From contig NKIB01013494.1 of NCBI GenBank assembly GCA_002256025.1, forward strand, positions 1 to 56,527: 56,527 bases of DNA. Direction: 5' to 3'. Of the stretch, positions 1 through 11,851 are shown piece by piece. The notes under the pieces are model-generated. The model worked only from the letters and a program-made list of their open reading frames with translations, did not search any database and was not told the origin of the DNA. The number at the start of each line of letters is the position of its first letter. Within the stretch, counting starts at the first letter, position 1. The translations under genes and the position numbers were made by a program. The DNA is from Asterionella formosa. Taxonomy: Eukaryota.

Positions 1-1976
1 TGCCTCCAGAGCAAATGCATCGGCTGTATCAGCATCTCTGCGACTGTTTCAACCACACTGCAACAGACTCCCTGGCGTGGAGGACGCCGTGGGAGGCGCT
101 TGATGGGGATACGCCAGACATCTCAGTCTTTAGATTCAAGTTCTGGGAGCCAGTCTGGTACCTCATGAGCAATAGAAAGTATCCGGCGAAGAGGTACCTT
201 CGTGGACGCTTTGTGGGGATTGCCTGGACGACGGGAGACAACATGTGCTACCGCATCTGGACAGATGAAAAAGACCTCATCTCCAGAGAAATCCACCGTA
301 GCGTGGTGCTCCCTCGGCATCCAGACGAGGAGTTTCCAAGAACCTTGGTCAAATACACAAGTGACTACTTCTTCCCAACTCCCAAATTGCCGAAGAACGG
401 TCCAGAAGTTGCTAGTGCCAACCTCGAAGGGGGGAGGAAAAGGGTACGGGAACAGAGTAAACAACCTGACGAAGCTGACAAGAACAACGGTGGAACTCGC
501 ATAACACCGGGGCCGCGTGAGGGCAGAAGTAAACGACCGGGCAGTGGAGATCACACCACTTATACCCCAGGTACCGGGGCGCATAAAAACGTGGACATCG
601 CGAAAGGAACCATACCGGAGAGTACTAATGTGGGAAACCTCGGCCCGGAGGAAGCAGAAGTTCGCAAGCGATGGCTTGAAATGACAGAAGCGGAGGCAAA
701 CCGTGTCCTAGAACTATATGCCCCACCTACCGAGGGGGTAGACTATGCAAATATGAAAACTATTCTTAGTCATAAAACCACTACTAGGGATGGAGTGACC
801 TGAAAATAGATGCGCCATACTCACTCGCAGTCTATCTCAGGCAGAAAAAGATCATGTCCCCTACCCTCAGGGAATGGTCTCAGAGAACGCTAGGGACCCT
901 AGATACTTCATTGTATAGGACCAGGCTAATAGAACCAAATACTTCAATCCGGAGGCGACATGCACATGATGCTAGCGCCACAGTGGTGACCCTGACCCGA
1001 TGCAACTCAGCCTTTTCCAGTCGGCGGCGGGTGAAAACCAACTCGAAGCCGGGCAGGAACAAAAGGAGACCGCATCTCTCAAGTGGATGTGAAGTCAAAC
1101 ATGGGGTGAAAATCCCCAGGACGGTAGGAGAAGCTATTGCCCTGGACAAGCTTAATGGTGATGACCTGTGGCACCAGGCAATAAAGAAGGAAATTGTGCT
1201 CTCATGGAGATGCAGACCTTCAACATTCTTGGACCGGACGAATCTAAATCCTTCAAACGGGATGGATTTCAGTACGCTCAACTGATGATGATATTTGACG
1301 TCAAGCAGGATTTACGGAGAAAGGCCCGACTGGTTCTAGGAGGTCACATGATCGATGCCTCAGGACACGATACATACGCGACCAACATGAAAGGAATCAG
1401 TGCCAGAATCCTCATGCTTATTGCAAGTGCAAACGAACTCAGGGTATTAACAGGGGATATAGGGAATGCGTATTTGTATGCCAGCACAAATGAAAAATAT
1501 TCTGCAGGCTAGGAGAAGAGTTCAGCATAGCAGGGCATGGGGCAACTGGAAGGATTGCAGTGCTTGAAAAGGCACTGTATGGCACCAAGAGCGCTGCAAA
1601 CCGATGGCATGCACATCTAGCAGACACCCTACGATGTATGGGTTTTGCAACAAGCAGATATGATGCAGACATTTGGTACCAAGCACGTAGTGATGGCTCT
1701 GGCTATGATTACATCGGGACACATACTGATGACCTGATGATAGTGGCAAAGAATCCGGAAGGGTACTTTGAGGTGCTACAGGAGAAGTATACGATAAAGA
1801 AGATTGGCCCACCTACATTTCACCTGGGATGTGATTACGTAAGGGGACCAGATGGTAAAAGGAGCATAACAAACCTGCACGGATCCATGCACCAACTGGG
1901 AGTAACGCACCCAGAGGGTACGGGAAGCTATTTTCCAGCAGCAATGGACCACCTGACCCTCATGGAAGAGGCCTAG
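1..1976 (+). mobile_element. Ty1/Copia (diatom CoDi-like) LTR retrotransposon pol remnant, cut by the window start, frameshifted and internally deleted
   Basis: Integrase C-terminal part (RTPWEALDGDTPDISVFRFKFWEPVWY...GRFVGIA). CoDi-type 'KHGVKIPRTVGEAIALDKLNGDDLWHQAIKKE'. RT motifs IFDVKQDLRRKARLV, GDIGNAYL, KALYGTKSA, THTDDLMI, FHLGCDY are spread over several frames. Most of the RT C-terminus and RNase H is missing after ~1860. Confidence 0.93.
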
Positions 1977-2215
1977 AGTAATCTAGATCCTGACTGGCTC
2001 TCTGTGTAGGGAACGAACCTATAACCCGGTTAGTTCCCGAGGGGATTGCCTTGTATCCCCTCCATGGGTGGGGGTTACTATGGAGGAACCCGGTGAGGGA
2101 TATCCAAGTGTAACCCGGATTAGTGGTTACTTGGAAGGGGAAGCACATGGGGACCACCACTGGGCAACCTGGAGAGCTAACTCCAATGTTACCCAAACAC
2201 GCATGGACAACATTC

Positions 2216-2302
2216 AAGGGAGGGTGCATTGTTTATGACACGACAATCAACCCCTCGGGTGAGGGGGGTCCAAATCCACGGACCCTATCGTATTTTCCAT
2301 CA
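2216..2302 (+). repeat. Putative polypurine tract plus short or truncated 3' LTR of the first Copia element
   Basis: AAGGGAGGG (2216-2224) is directly followed by TG at 2225; candidate CA end at 2302. No 5' LTR in the window to confirm. Confidence 0.4.
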
Positions 2303-2653
2303 TGTAGCAGCATCGTTCGTTCGTGCCGGTCCCTGCAACGGTACCAGGTACCTGGTACTGCAGCAATGTTCCGGTATGCATGCCCGAATGCTGCTGTTAA
2401 CGGTATCTACTATCGTCTGTACCTCGGCGCGCATTGTTCTGAATAACCGTAAAAACTCGACAGTGTCATGGCCGGCGCGCCTCGCCAACAACAACAGCAA
2501 CAACACAGAGTACATGCATTATCGGTACTGCATTTCGATGATTTATATTCTTTCCAGCTTGTTGCAAGTGACGTTTGGGTTCCTATTCCCCTCTTTGTTG
2601 CATCCATTTTCAACTCTCCTTTCCTAATTGTCCTTGTTGTCTAGTAAAACACA

Positions 2654-3568
2654 ATGTCGAACGCCAACTTTGAAAGCTGCCCGTCATGGGCACCAGTGCT
2701 GTAAGTTTCATTTCAAAAGAGGGATTCCATCGACGATGTACGTGACGAACGGAAGTAGCGTGCACGTCTGGTACTAAAGTCAAGTAGAAGCACGCTCAGA
2801 GCGTTGCATTGGCTCATGTTTTGGCCCTGTCTCTCGATTTGAGAATGTCAAGTGCGTCCATACTGTTGCCCTAGTTCCCAGCAACAATCACACACAGTCA
2901 TTATTGTTTCAGCGCTCTGCGTTCCATTTTGCATTTACTTTACGAATATTCTACCTTCACGTCATTTCTGACCTAGCTTTCTCTGTCTCTGATTCGAAAC
3001 AACCTAAACCAACAGGGGCTACCTCGGAGCCGCCTCTTGTATCATCCTTGCCAATGCTGGGGCCGCGTGGGGAACATACAAGTCCGGACTTGGCCTTTGT
3101 CAAATGGGTATCAACCATCCCAACGGTATCATCAAGAACTTGGTTGCTATCATTATGGCTGGGGTCCTCGGCATCTATGGCCTCATTGTGGCCATTATCA
3201 TTTCTGGAGGTGTCTCTAGCCCGAAGGCAGGAGTCGGAAATACATACTCGCAATTTACTGGCTGGGCTCATTTGTCCGCTGGTCTTTGTTGCGGATTATC
3301 CTGCTTGGCAGCTGGTGGAGCCACCGGGTGGGCCGGGGAATGTGGTATTATTGCCACTGGACTGAGAGCGGAATTGAACCATGCCAAGAACTCTCGTGGT
3401 ATGATGGGAATGGGAGGAAGTGGTGGAGAAATCGTCGATGAAGGAGATGCCGGCAAGATGTACATTGGATCCGTTACTATCCTTTCGTTTAGTGGAGCTA
3501 TTGGCCTTTATGGATTCATCATTGCATTGATTATCACGTCGTCGGACTATTACCCATGCGAATATTAA
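2654..3568 (+). CDS. V-type ATPase V0 proteolipid subunit c-like protein, 2 exons (2654-2700, 3016-3568), 199 aa
   Basis: ATG at 2654, GTAAGT donor at 2701, AACAG acceptor ending at 3015. Splicing gives MSNANFESCPSWAPVLGYLGAASCIILANAGAAWGTYKSG...IIMAGVLGIYGLIVAIII...AHLSAGLCCGLSCLAAG...GLYGFIIALII, the four-helix c-subunit pattern. Confidence 0.93.
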
Positions 3569-3854
3569 AAATTACATGAAAACAGAGCATAGCTCCAAAT
3601 TTTTTTGAGTACATGCCTAGGATTTGTGTGTCATAATAATATCGACTGTTACTACATTTTGGCATGGCACCTCGTCACAACAACTCACTGTATTCATGGA
3701 GTTTAGAATTACTTCAGTACAGCAAGCCTTGAATAGTGAATGACACAGGCATGAGTTCGATACCAACAAGGCTACTGGGTAGATTCTACTGGATTGAGTG
3801 AAGTCTCCTTGGTTTGTGAGAATGTGTTCTGTTCTATAAATCCAAGTGTTGATT

Positions 3855-4044
3855 TGTTAAAGTGAGCTCATCTACCGGTACGTAGTTAGGACTCGGAGTC
3901 AAACGAGTCAAACGATTCGAATGAGTCCACTTTGATGCACCAAGCTCTCATCAACCACACATTATACCTTGTTACTCCGACTATAATGACCCAGACAATA
4001 TAGGCTATTTCGGAAGACCAATACAAAAAGGTAATACTTTAACA
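3855..4044 (+). repeat. 5' LTR (190 bp) of the second Copia element
   Basis: Starts TGTTAAAGT and ends ACTTTAACA (perfect 9-bp inverted termini). The gag ATG follows at 4073. The last ~20 bp recur at 7043-7062. Confidence 0.8.
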
Positions 4045-7000
4045 CGTTCATAAACGGACTTATGTGTTTAATATGTCTACAGAAATGTCTGAAGAGAGCA
4101 TGAGGCTCATCAAGTTTGATGGCAACGAAACGAACTGGTACCAGTGGAGCGTTAAAACGCTTGCTCTGGCGAAGGCAAGAGGATTCCAAACGATGTACTC
4201 CAAGAACCACAACCCGTGTTCTGACGAAGAGTACGAAGTCAAGACAGACAAAGGAGTCAGGGCTATCTACGAGGCCAACGACAAGGCGTACCAGTTGCTC
4301 ATCATGAGCTGCACCGGAATCGCCTTTGGACTCGTAAACCAAGCCAAAACGAAAACGTTGATCGATGGCGATGCATATATGGCGTGGAAGAACCTCGAAG
4401 CGAGGTATGTCCCCCATTCTGTGTCGGACCTGATCCAGATGGCAAGCGATTTCAACAAATGCAAGCTGAACGATAGCTCCTCTGATCCAGACGAATGGTT
4501 CATTGAGCTTGATCTAATACAAAGCAAGATGATGGCGATCGACCCGTCATTTGAGAAGAAAGAAATGGAAGTGATTGCGAACGTAATCGACAAGCTTCCA
4601 GTGGAGTACAGTGAGGTTGTAACAGTTGTCGAGGGCATGACAACGATCAGCCTCAACGAATTGAAAGGCAAGATCCGAGCATTCTACAAACGAAAGCCAA
4701 AGGGCACGAAGAGCACAAAGGAGATCGAACTATTCACGCAGAAATACAAAGGTATCTGCAAGAAGTGCGGCAAACAAGGGCACAAGGCCGATGTGTGCCG
4801 ATCGAAAACGAACACAAGCGGAACGAATGCAAACGGTATGAACGAAAAAAATGAGATAAAGTGCTATATTTGCAATAACCACGCGGCGAGAAAAAAAAAG
4901 AAACCAAATGTATGTCGGAATGTGCGAGGAGATTACTGGTATGGAGGCAACAGACGATATCCCCAGTACCATGGACGTCACGCAGAAAACTACAGAGACT
5001 ACTGCTGAAGAACTACTACGCGTGTGTTTCGTCCCTACAATGGAAGACGAGTGGTACAAAGACCAATACTGCACATCAAGCAACAGAACGGAGCGCTGGC
5101 TTGCGGACACTGGGGCTACCACGCACACCACTATGCCACTATGACTGACGAATACATGACAAACGTCGAAAATGTCAACGTCTCGGTCATTGTCGGTGAC
5201 GGTAAAGAGGTGGTATGCACGAAACAAGGTGATTTTCTGATTATCAATAAAACGTGCTCCATGTTACTACGCAAGGTACTCTACACTCCACACTTCCACA
5301 AGAATATCGTCAGCATCGGGCAATTTGTCAAGAACGGAGGGTGCGAGGCACGCATGAAGGGGTCTGAGTTGAGTCTACATAAGGAAGGGTACAACAACGA
5401 ACTAACCTTTTCTTGTGAGGATCAAGGCGTCCTTTACTACTTCAAGGGAAAACGTAACCTACAATCCGAAATGGTCTTGTCTATCCACGACTTGACAACA
5501 AACCGTACACCTGATCCTACTCCAACAAATACCAAGACAGTGACGCAACTTCCTACGGCAAAAACTACCAAGAAACCAACGCAAATTGACATCAATGAGG
5601 CCCACGACAAATATGGCCACATCAGCGAGGCATCCCTTCGCGCAACGCTAAAGTCCCTCGGTATTGAACCTACGGGCAAGATTCAGTCGTGTGAAGGCTG
5701 CGCACTAGCTAAGGCAAAGGCCAAAGCGGTACCTAAAGTCACGACCCTCAAGGCCTCTACTCCTGCTGAACGATTGTACGTGGATATTTCAGGTCCCTAC
5801 AAGAAATCTCTAATTGGAAGCAACTACTGGATTCTATTTGTGGATCAGTACACAGGCAAGGCATGGAGTCATTTTGTTAACAAGAAGAGTCTTTTGTCGA
5901 GCGTCGCAGATGCCCTATTGACTACACTCAAGTCAGCGGGCTATGTAGTACGTCGTGGAACGAAAATTTGTGACGATACGAGACCGAGCATGCGCCTCCA
6001 TGTTCAGCGCAAAAATTGTCAGACGAATACCAGGGGCTACTGTGGGCCAAGAGTGTCCACATGCACACGCGACTAACGAACTCTGTCGCTAACTCGAATA
6101 CGGGAAAATGCCCCGATTGGCTTTTCTACGGCTTTCAGCCTAAGATTTATCCTCACCTGATTCAGTTTGGCAGGGTGGGTGGGCCACGATTCAGACGCCA
6201 AGGCAGAAACTAACCCCAAAAAGTGTCAAATGTGTCATGCTTGGAAACAGCCATGACCACGCCGGTGATACCTACCGCATGTACAACGTTACAACGAAAA
6301 AGGTCATCAACACAAGAGACCTTAAATGGGCCGACTGGCATGGAAATGCCAAACCCACAGCGGACATGGACGAATTCACCACAGACGGATCCGGTATAGA
6401 AGAGGAATTCGACACTCCTACTAAACCTACCAACGCAATGCCTCCTGACGAGCAAGGGGCTACTACACTACTACCAACGAAACAAGACGATCCCAGTACT
6501 CCCAAGGGAATGAGCTTTGCGGATTCCGTCGCAGGTACAAAGCTCGATCGAGAAATGAATAGGCCATCTACAGGCTTTGTGACCTCACCTACTCCTACTC
6601 GTGCAGGCACACGTCAGCAATCATCCGCAGCACGCACGCTAATATTGGATGATGACACCATCGAAGATACCAACGAAGAGCACCAACCTAGTGAGAAAGC
6701 ACACTCAACAAGCATAGCTTCTGAACCACTGGAACCCAAGAGCTACAAGCAGGCACTATTAAGTAACGAAAAAGACGAATGGACTAAGGCAATCAAAGCA
6801 GAGATTGAAAACTTCTACTCCCGCAAAGTGTGGAAAGTACATCCTCGTAAGAATCTAAACGGATGAAAGCTACTTGGAGCAAAATGGGTATTTAAAAAAT
6901 GAAGGAGCACGACAACACTACGCGCTACAAGGGCCGTATTGTGGTAAAAGGCTACGTGCAGATACCAGGTGTTGACTTCACAGATTCATTTGCACCTGTT

Positions 7001-7062
7001 GTTACGGATACTGGCCTACTTATCTAACAATATAGATCTATCAAAAAGGTAATATTTTAACA
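3855..7062 (+). mobile_element. Ty1/Copia LTR retrotransposon, degenerate; RT 3' half, RNase H and most of the 3' LTR deleted
   Basis: Gag from 4073 with zinc knuckle CKKCGKQGHKADVC. Protease WLADTGATTH (~5096). Pre-integrase HDKYGH...CEGC and integrase LYVDISGP. RT start EPKSYKQAL...KWVFK...YKGRIVVKGYVQIPGVDF. Ends with LTR-end-like AAAAAGGTAATATTTTAACA at 7043-7062. Multiple frameshifts and stops. Confidence 0.93.
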
Positions 7063-8680
7063 TTTATGATCATAGTGCGGCTTTATCCTACAATCATTCC
7101 CCTCTCCCCCCTGAATCAAATAAAACCTCTGTTTAACCATTTTTATATAACCATTACTTATCATCGACATGAACCTGATCATACTAGAATCCGTCATAGA
7201 ACCCAAACATTCATTGAATTTAGCTAGGTGTAGTAACTCAACATGTGGTAGGACGAGACTGTGCTTTGTCATGCTTTAGGGAGAGTCAGAGGCTCTTTTA
7301 TTCTTTTGTAGTTTAATGAATTTGGAGATGCAGGCGGATTGATATTGATGGCGGTGAGAACCGCTAGATTGTGTGGCAAGATGTTCCACTATAAAATTGA
7401 CTTAATATTTAGTTAAAATATTTAATGTATATATACCATCTGAGGTTGTGATGTTCGATTTTTCTCAATTTTTTGAGAAGCAATTGTTAGGTTCTACTCC
7501 CACACTCCTTAGTACCGTCCTGCACGGTCTTGCCTGGTGTGCAAGAAATAGTGGTTTGCCCCCCTACAAGCAGCTTGTGCCACCTTCCTTGGCGGTCAGA
7601 GTTTCCCTAACGCTGCGGCTAAGATGATCACCTTTTGCGAAAGATAGTTGGGGACTCGCCTACGCAAAAAAACTAAGGAAGCACAGGTCTTGTTGGCAGG
7701 TAGCACAATGAAATGTTTGCCTTGAAAGAGGGGAGTACAAATGGGCTCTAAAACAGATTATCATATTTTTAGAAAATGCCTGCCATCCTGTAGAACTAAT
7801 AAAATTTATGAGGTCTGCCTATGATTATAACAAGAGAATATTCAAAAGGGTTACTATTTAAATTACAAGGGCATTTATCAAAATTATTAGATGATATAAC
7901 GAAAAATTATGATCAGATGATCATAATCCTATGATGCATCATAGGAATATGATGGGTTTTTTGCAGACAACTGGGAAAGAGTTTCCTCTTTTCAGGGGGA
8001 CCCATCTTGTCAATGTCAAGAAGTGTACCAGCAGTTGCAGGTATTTTATTTTCAGATGGATCCATCTAGTCAATGTCAAGAAGTGTACCAGCAGTTGCAG
8101 GTATTTTAATTTCAGATGGATCCATCTCGTCAATGTCAAGAAGTGTACCAGCAGTTGCAGGTATTTTATTTTTAGATGGATCCATCTCGTCAATGTCAAG
8201 AAGTGTACCAGCAGTTGCAGGTATTTTATTTTTAGATGGATCCATCTCATCAACGTCAAGTGTACCAGCAGTTGGAGGTATTTTCTTTTCAGGTGGACCC
8301 ATCTCGTCAATGTCGTCAGTTGGACCAGCAGTAGATGACTCTACAATATCTTCGACATCCTCATCAGCTACAAGGCATTGATTCTTTTCCAAAATGGGAA
8401 TATTGGAAGCATCAGAAGTTTCAGCTGTATCCACTTCTTTGCTGCTCATTCTTGTGTATTTACAGTTATTTTATCAGTGCCAATGGATGTGAAACACAGT
8501 GATCAACGATACAGCATTGGTCAGGGGTCCAAAAACTGTATCAGTGGCACACCCATGATACACTGGTGATCACACCAAAAAAACCGTTGGTGATACACTA
8601 AAAGAACCAAACCGCCATTTTTGTATCATATTTCGGCGATGATACACCAATGACAAATAACAGAATGATAAGAACGGCCC
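7063..8680 (-). mobile_element. Fragment of a DNA transposon with a PIF/Harbinger-like terminus at 8680
   Basis: On the minus strand the end reads TTA|GGGCCGTTCTTATCATT, almost identical to TTA|GGGTCGTTCTTATCATT at 24360-24379. TGTATCA/TGATACA subterminal motifs cluster at both ends. 7843-7970 is an inverted copy of ~25365-25493. The left limit is uncertain. Confidence 0.55.
7991..8332. repeat. 60-bp tandem minisatellite, about 5.7 units, encoding a 20-aa repeat on the minus strand
   Basis: Units begin at 7991, 8051, 8111, 8171 and 8231 (the last is 57 bp, frame kept), plus a partial unit. Minus-strand translation is DIDEMDPSKNKIPATAGTLL, with an in-frame TAG at 8066-8068. Confidence 0.95.
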
Positions 8681-9135
8681 TAATAAGGAAAGCAATCTAA
8701 ATTTCTCATTTTTCGCAGCTGGTCTTGGTAACGCACTGTTACTGGTACGTGGTCCACGACATCATGTAGTATACACCGCACAATACATTAGACTACCTGG
8801 TGTACCAGGTGGTACCTGGTACCAGCTACCTGCTACCCAGGTACCGTGCATACAATGATCAACAGTCAACGGGATGCTGTGCTTCTGGTCGGCGGAAGAT
8901 CTGAATGAGTTGAGTCAAGTTTTATTAGGATGATTGAACGTTCCTCCTCGTTTCTTGCTGACTTGACGAAGACCACAATCAAAAGTCCATTTCCACTTCG
9001 CAATCGCTACTAGCTATCAACAACTGAGCAAGCAAGCTGTCGACCACTATAACTATATTCTGCCACAACATCATTTACAAAACAACAAGGAGCGGATAGG
9101 AGCAATACGTACACTAATATATATCATAATACAAG

Positions 9136-9503
9136 ATGAGAACGTCCATTCTTTGTCGCTTTGCGCTTCGACAAACATCTCGGCATCGAATGGTTCGTCT
9201 CATACGAACTGAACGGAGACGAGTGATTGCTATAGAATGTATGAGACCCATAGCTGTCCTTTCATCCGAAGCCGAAGAAAATATGCCACGTTGTTGGGAA
9301 TTCACCACTGACGATGACGATGGAACGTAAGTAAGTGGTGGTTGTATTGGAGTCCAAACGAAGCAAGAATATGCACCGACGGCAAACCAAAAGTAGCTCT
9401 CGTGACATTCTTTGAGAAGACCGTTTTTGGCTCACCCTGCTATTTCAGTTAATCCAATTGTTTCTCCCTTTTCTTGTTCGTCTCAAATTTAAAAAACAGA
9501 TGA
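9136..9503 (+). CDS. Small 64-aa protein ending DDDDGT, with an intron (9327-9499) inside the last sense codon
   Basis: ATG at 9136. Arg-rich N-terminus without acidic residues, resembling a mitochondrial presequence. GTAAGT donor at 9327, pyrimidine tract, CAG acceptor at 9499. The spliced (AC|A TGA) and unspliced (ACG TAA) forms give the same protein. Confidence 0.5.
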
Positions 9504-10594
9504 TGAAATGGAATACCGGTATATATTGGCCGTGTGGCTTGGAGTTTTCTGGTAGGTTCGTTTCGTTGCCTCTTGTAAAGGTCTATGGGTCCAGTGAGGA
9601 AAAAATCCAAAATCTACAATATACATTGTCTGAAACACTGTTGAAACAATTGCTGACTTCCTTCTGAGGATCCCCCCCCCCCGCAATGAGCCCTATGTAG
9701 TTTGATCTTCAATGCATTATTTTCATTGACACCATGCACATTTCTTCCTTTGCAGACAATTGAAAAAATACTAGAAATGAAACGAATACTTTTGGAGGGA
9801 CGGTCGATACAGTCAGGTTTCGTCAACCAGTGAACTCTAAATGCGGCAGTAATTTTTACAAATACTTGTAATTATCGACCTTTTACGTTTAATAACATAT
9901 TATGTTACTTGATGAAAATGCCATATCAATACTCATTGCTTCGTTGGTTATCATAAATAGTACTTTATATAATGTTATCGGAGAAGAGCTGTTCGGGATA
10001 ACTACTGCATAGTCCAATTGTATTCCAGATGTGAATAGCTTCCTTGTGGTTGGCTAACTTGCTGAATTATGCAACATCCAAGTTACCCCCCGTCATCATC
10101 ATCCACCATGACACCCCATCCAAGTGGAATATTGGGTTCTGCCGCACTATAACGGAATAGCAATAGATCTGATGATAACATCGATGACATTATTGCAATA
10201 GGTCGTCGAGTTGTAGCAGTTATGAAAGGACGACGACGGTAAGATCGTTGCGTCAATTTAGATCCATTTTGTATCATCCATGAAGCTGATTTCCGAGCGT
10301 ACATCATGCTGATGCTACTGTTCTTAGTCGGGGTTGGCACTTGGATTGAGCTGTTTGTAAAGTGTACTTTATACGATGCAAGCCAACTCCTTATTCAGAA
10401 AGGGATGTGTACTGTTAAAGGTGGGAGTCTACTATCGGATACCGGTACCGGTAGTAATCTTGCAATCCTTACGACATTTACATACCGGTAATGAGTGGAT
10501 CATGCGGCTGAAAATTGCCCACTGGTCATGTGTTTTCTGGATCCCCGGTATGTAGAGGAAAAATATGTCTGTACAGTACCAGGTACCAGATGCA

Positions 10595-10810
10595 GGCAAA
10601 TTTTACATGTGGGAACATTCCTGTTGAAATGGTCCGTACTCCTTCCCGCGGGTTGGGTCTCTCTTCACGTAGACTCTTACGTGATCGTAGTACTACCTAG
10701 TACCACTTACTTTCTCTCTCGTCTCTGCTTCTAGCCTTCCTGCTAGATAGACTAATTGACCTTCCTGTCAATTAACACACTGTTTCCTCGGTTGATAATC
10801 TAAAACTCAA
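10595..10810. repeat. Dispersed repeat, diverged inverted relative of 15170-15365
   Basis: Shared blocks such as tgttgaaa..gtccgtactccttcc and ctagcctt...attgacctt..ctgtcaatt...cactgtttc match the reverse complement of 15170-15365. Confidence 0.65.
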
Positions 10811-11851
10811 ATTAAATTATAAGCGTAACTAAATGTTTCCTTTCCATGCATCTTTGCTTCCTGCAAAGTCGTTCTAAGACTCTCTTCGAGTTTCCACTTA
10901 ACATTTCCATAGAAATTTTCAATCTTTGATCTCGTTAGACAGCTGATTGACGTGGCAATGCAATATTCGACTCGTTCGATTACAATCGAGTCCACAATCC
11001 TTGTGACTCGGGCTAATATTCTTGACACATTCCGGCCCTAGAAATCCTGGAATGTCCATCAGTTGGGAGGTGATTTATAGAGTCATGTTCAACAATCAGG
11101 CAAGGACACCCATCGAATCTGAGCATAAATGATTCTTTTTCACCCTTGTACCATCCACTTACTCCTTTTTCTTTATGAAAAAAGGCAGACTTTGCGGAGT
11201 AATCAGTCTCAATTTGGGTTGAGGAACAAAGTAGCATTGTCTGCGAACCGGCACCTCCCTCTCAATGAAGGTAGTTGGGGTAGTAGTATATCCTCAGATA
11301 GAAAATTCTGCATCAATTTGATGAATGGCGGGTGCATACCATCCACCAGTAAAGGTCATTTCATCAATAGGATCAGCTGCATTGGGAGGAACAGGGCGGG
11401 TACTAGTGATATCAGGCAAACCAGCTGGAATGGGGTTCAGGCTTGCAACTGCAGTATAATTATTCTGTAGAGTGTTTGGTGGGGCAGCTTTGCTTGTGTT
11501 ATTTTACCTTTGTTACACAAAAGTGTCCAAAATGCGCAATGAGTTAGTCAGGGAATTAGTGACTTTTCATGTGATGCGAAATTTCTAGTAAACTAAAAAA
11601 CGAGCATTGTAACGTTTTTATTAATCATTTTTATAACGCATTATTACTGGTATATTTCTAGGTTCGTCTTCATTGCGCTTCATGGCCCATGAAAGTTGAG
11701 GCAGTTGATTCTGGTAGTCACTCCCTCATGTGGGAGTCTGTAAAATTAAAAAATATATATCTGTGATATAGTATGGTCTTGTTGTTAGAACGATATTTGC
11801 GGTTTGTCATCTGATGTACCTGACTGATAATTTTGTTTGTGTCTGATAATT

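Noticed and set aside
2904..3365. 153-aa plus-strand ORF and other ORFs overlapping the V-ATPase gene
   Set aside because: Alternative frames spanning the intron and exon 2 of a well-supported gene.
7991..8332. Regular palindrome-containing repeat that could be mistaken for a CRISPR array
   Set aside because: Units are contiguous and near-identical with no unique spacers, there are no cas genes, and the context is eukaryotic.
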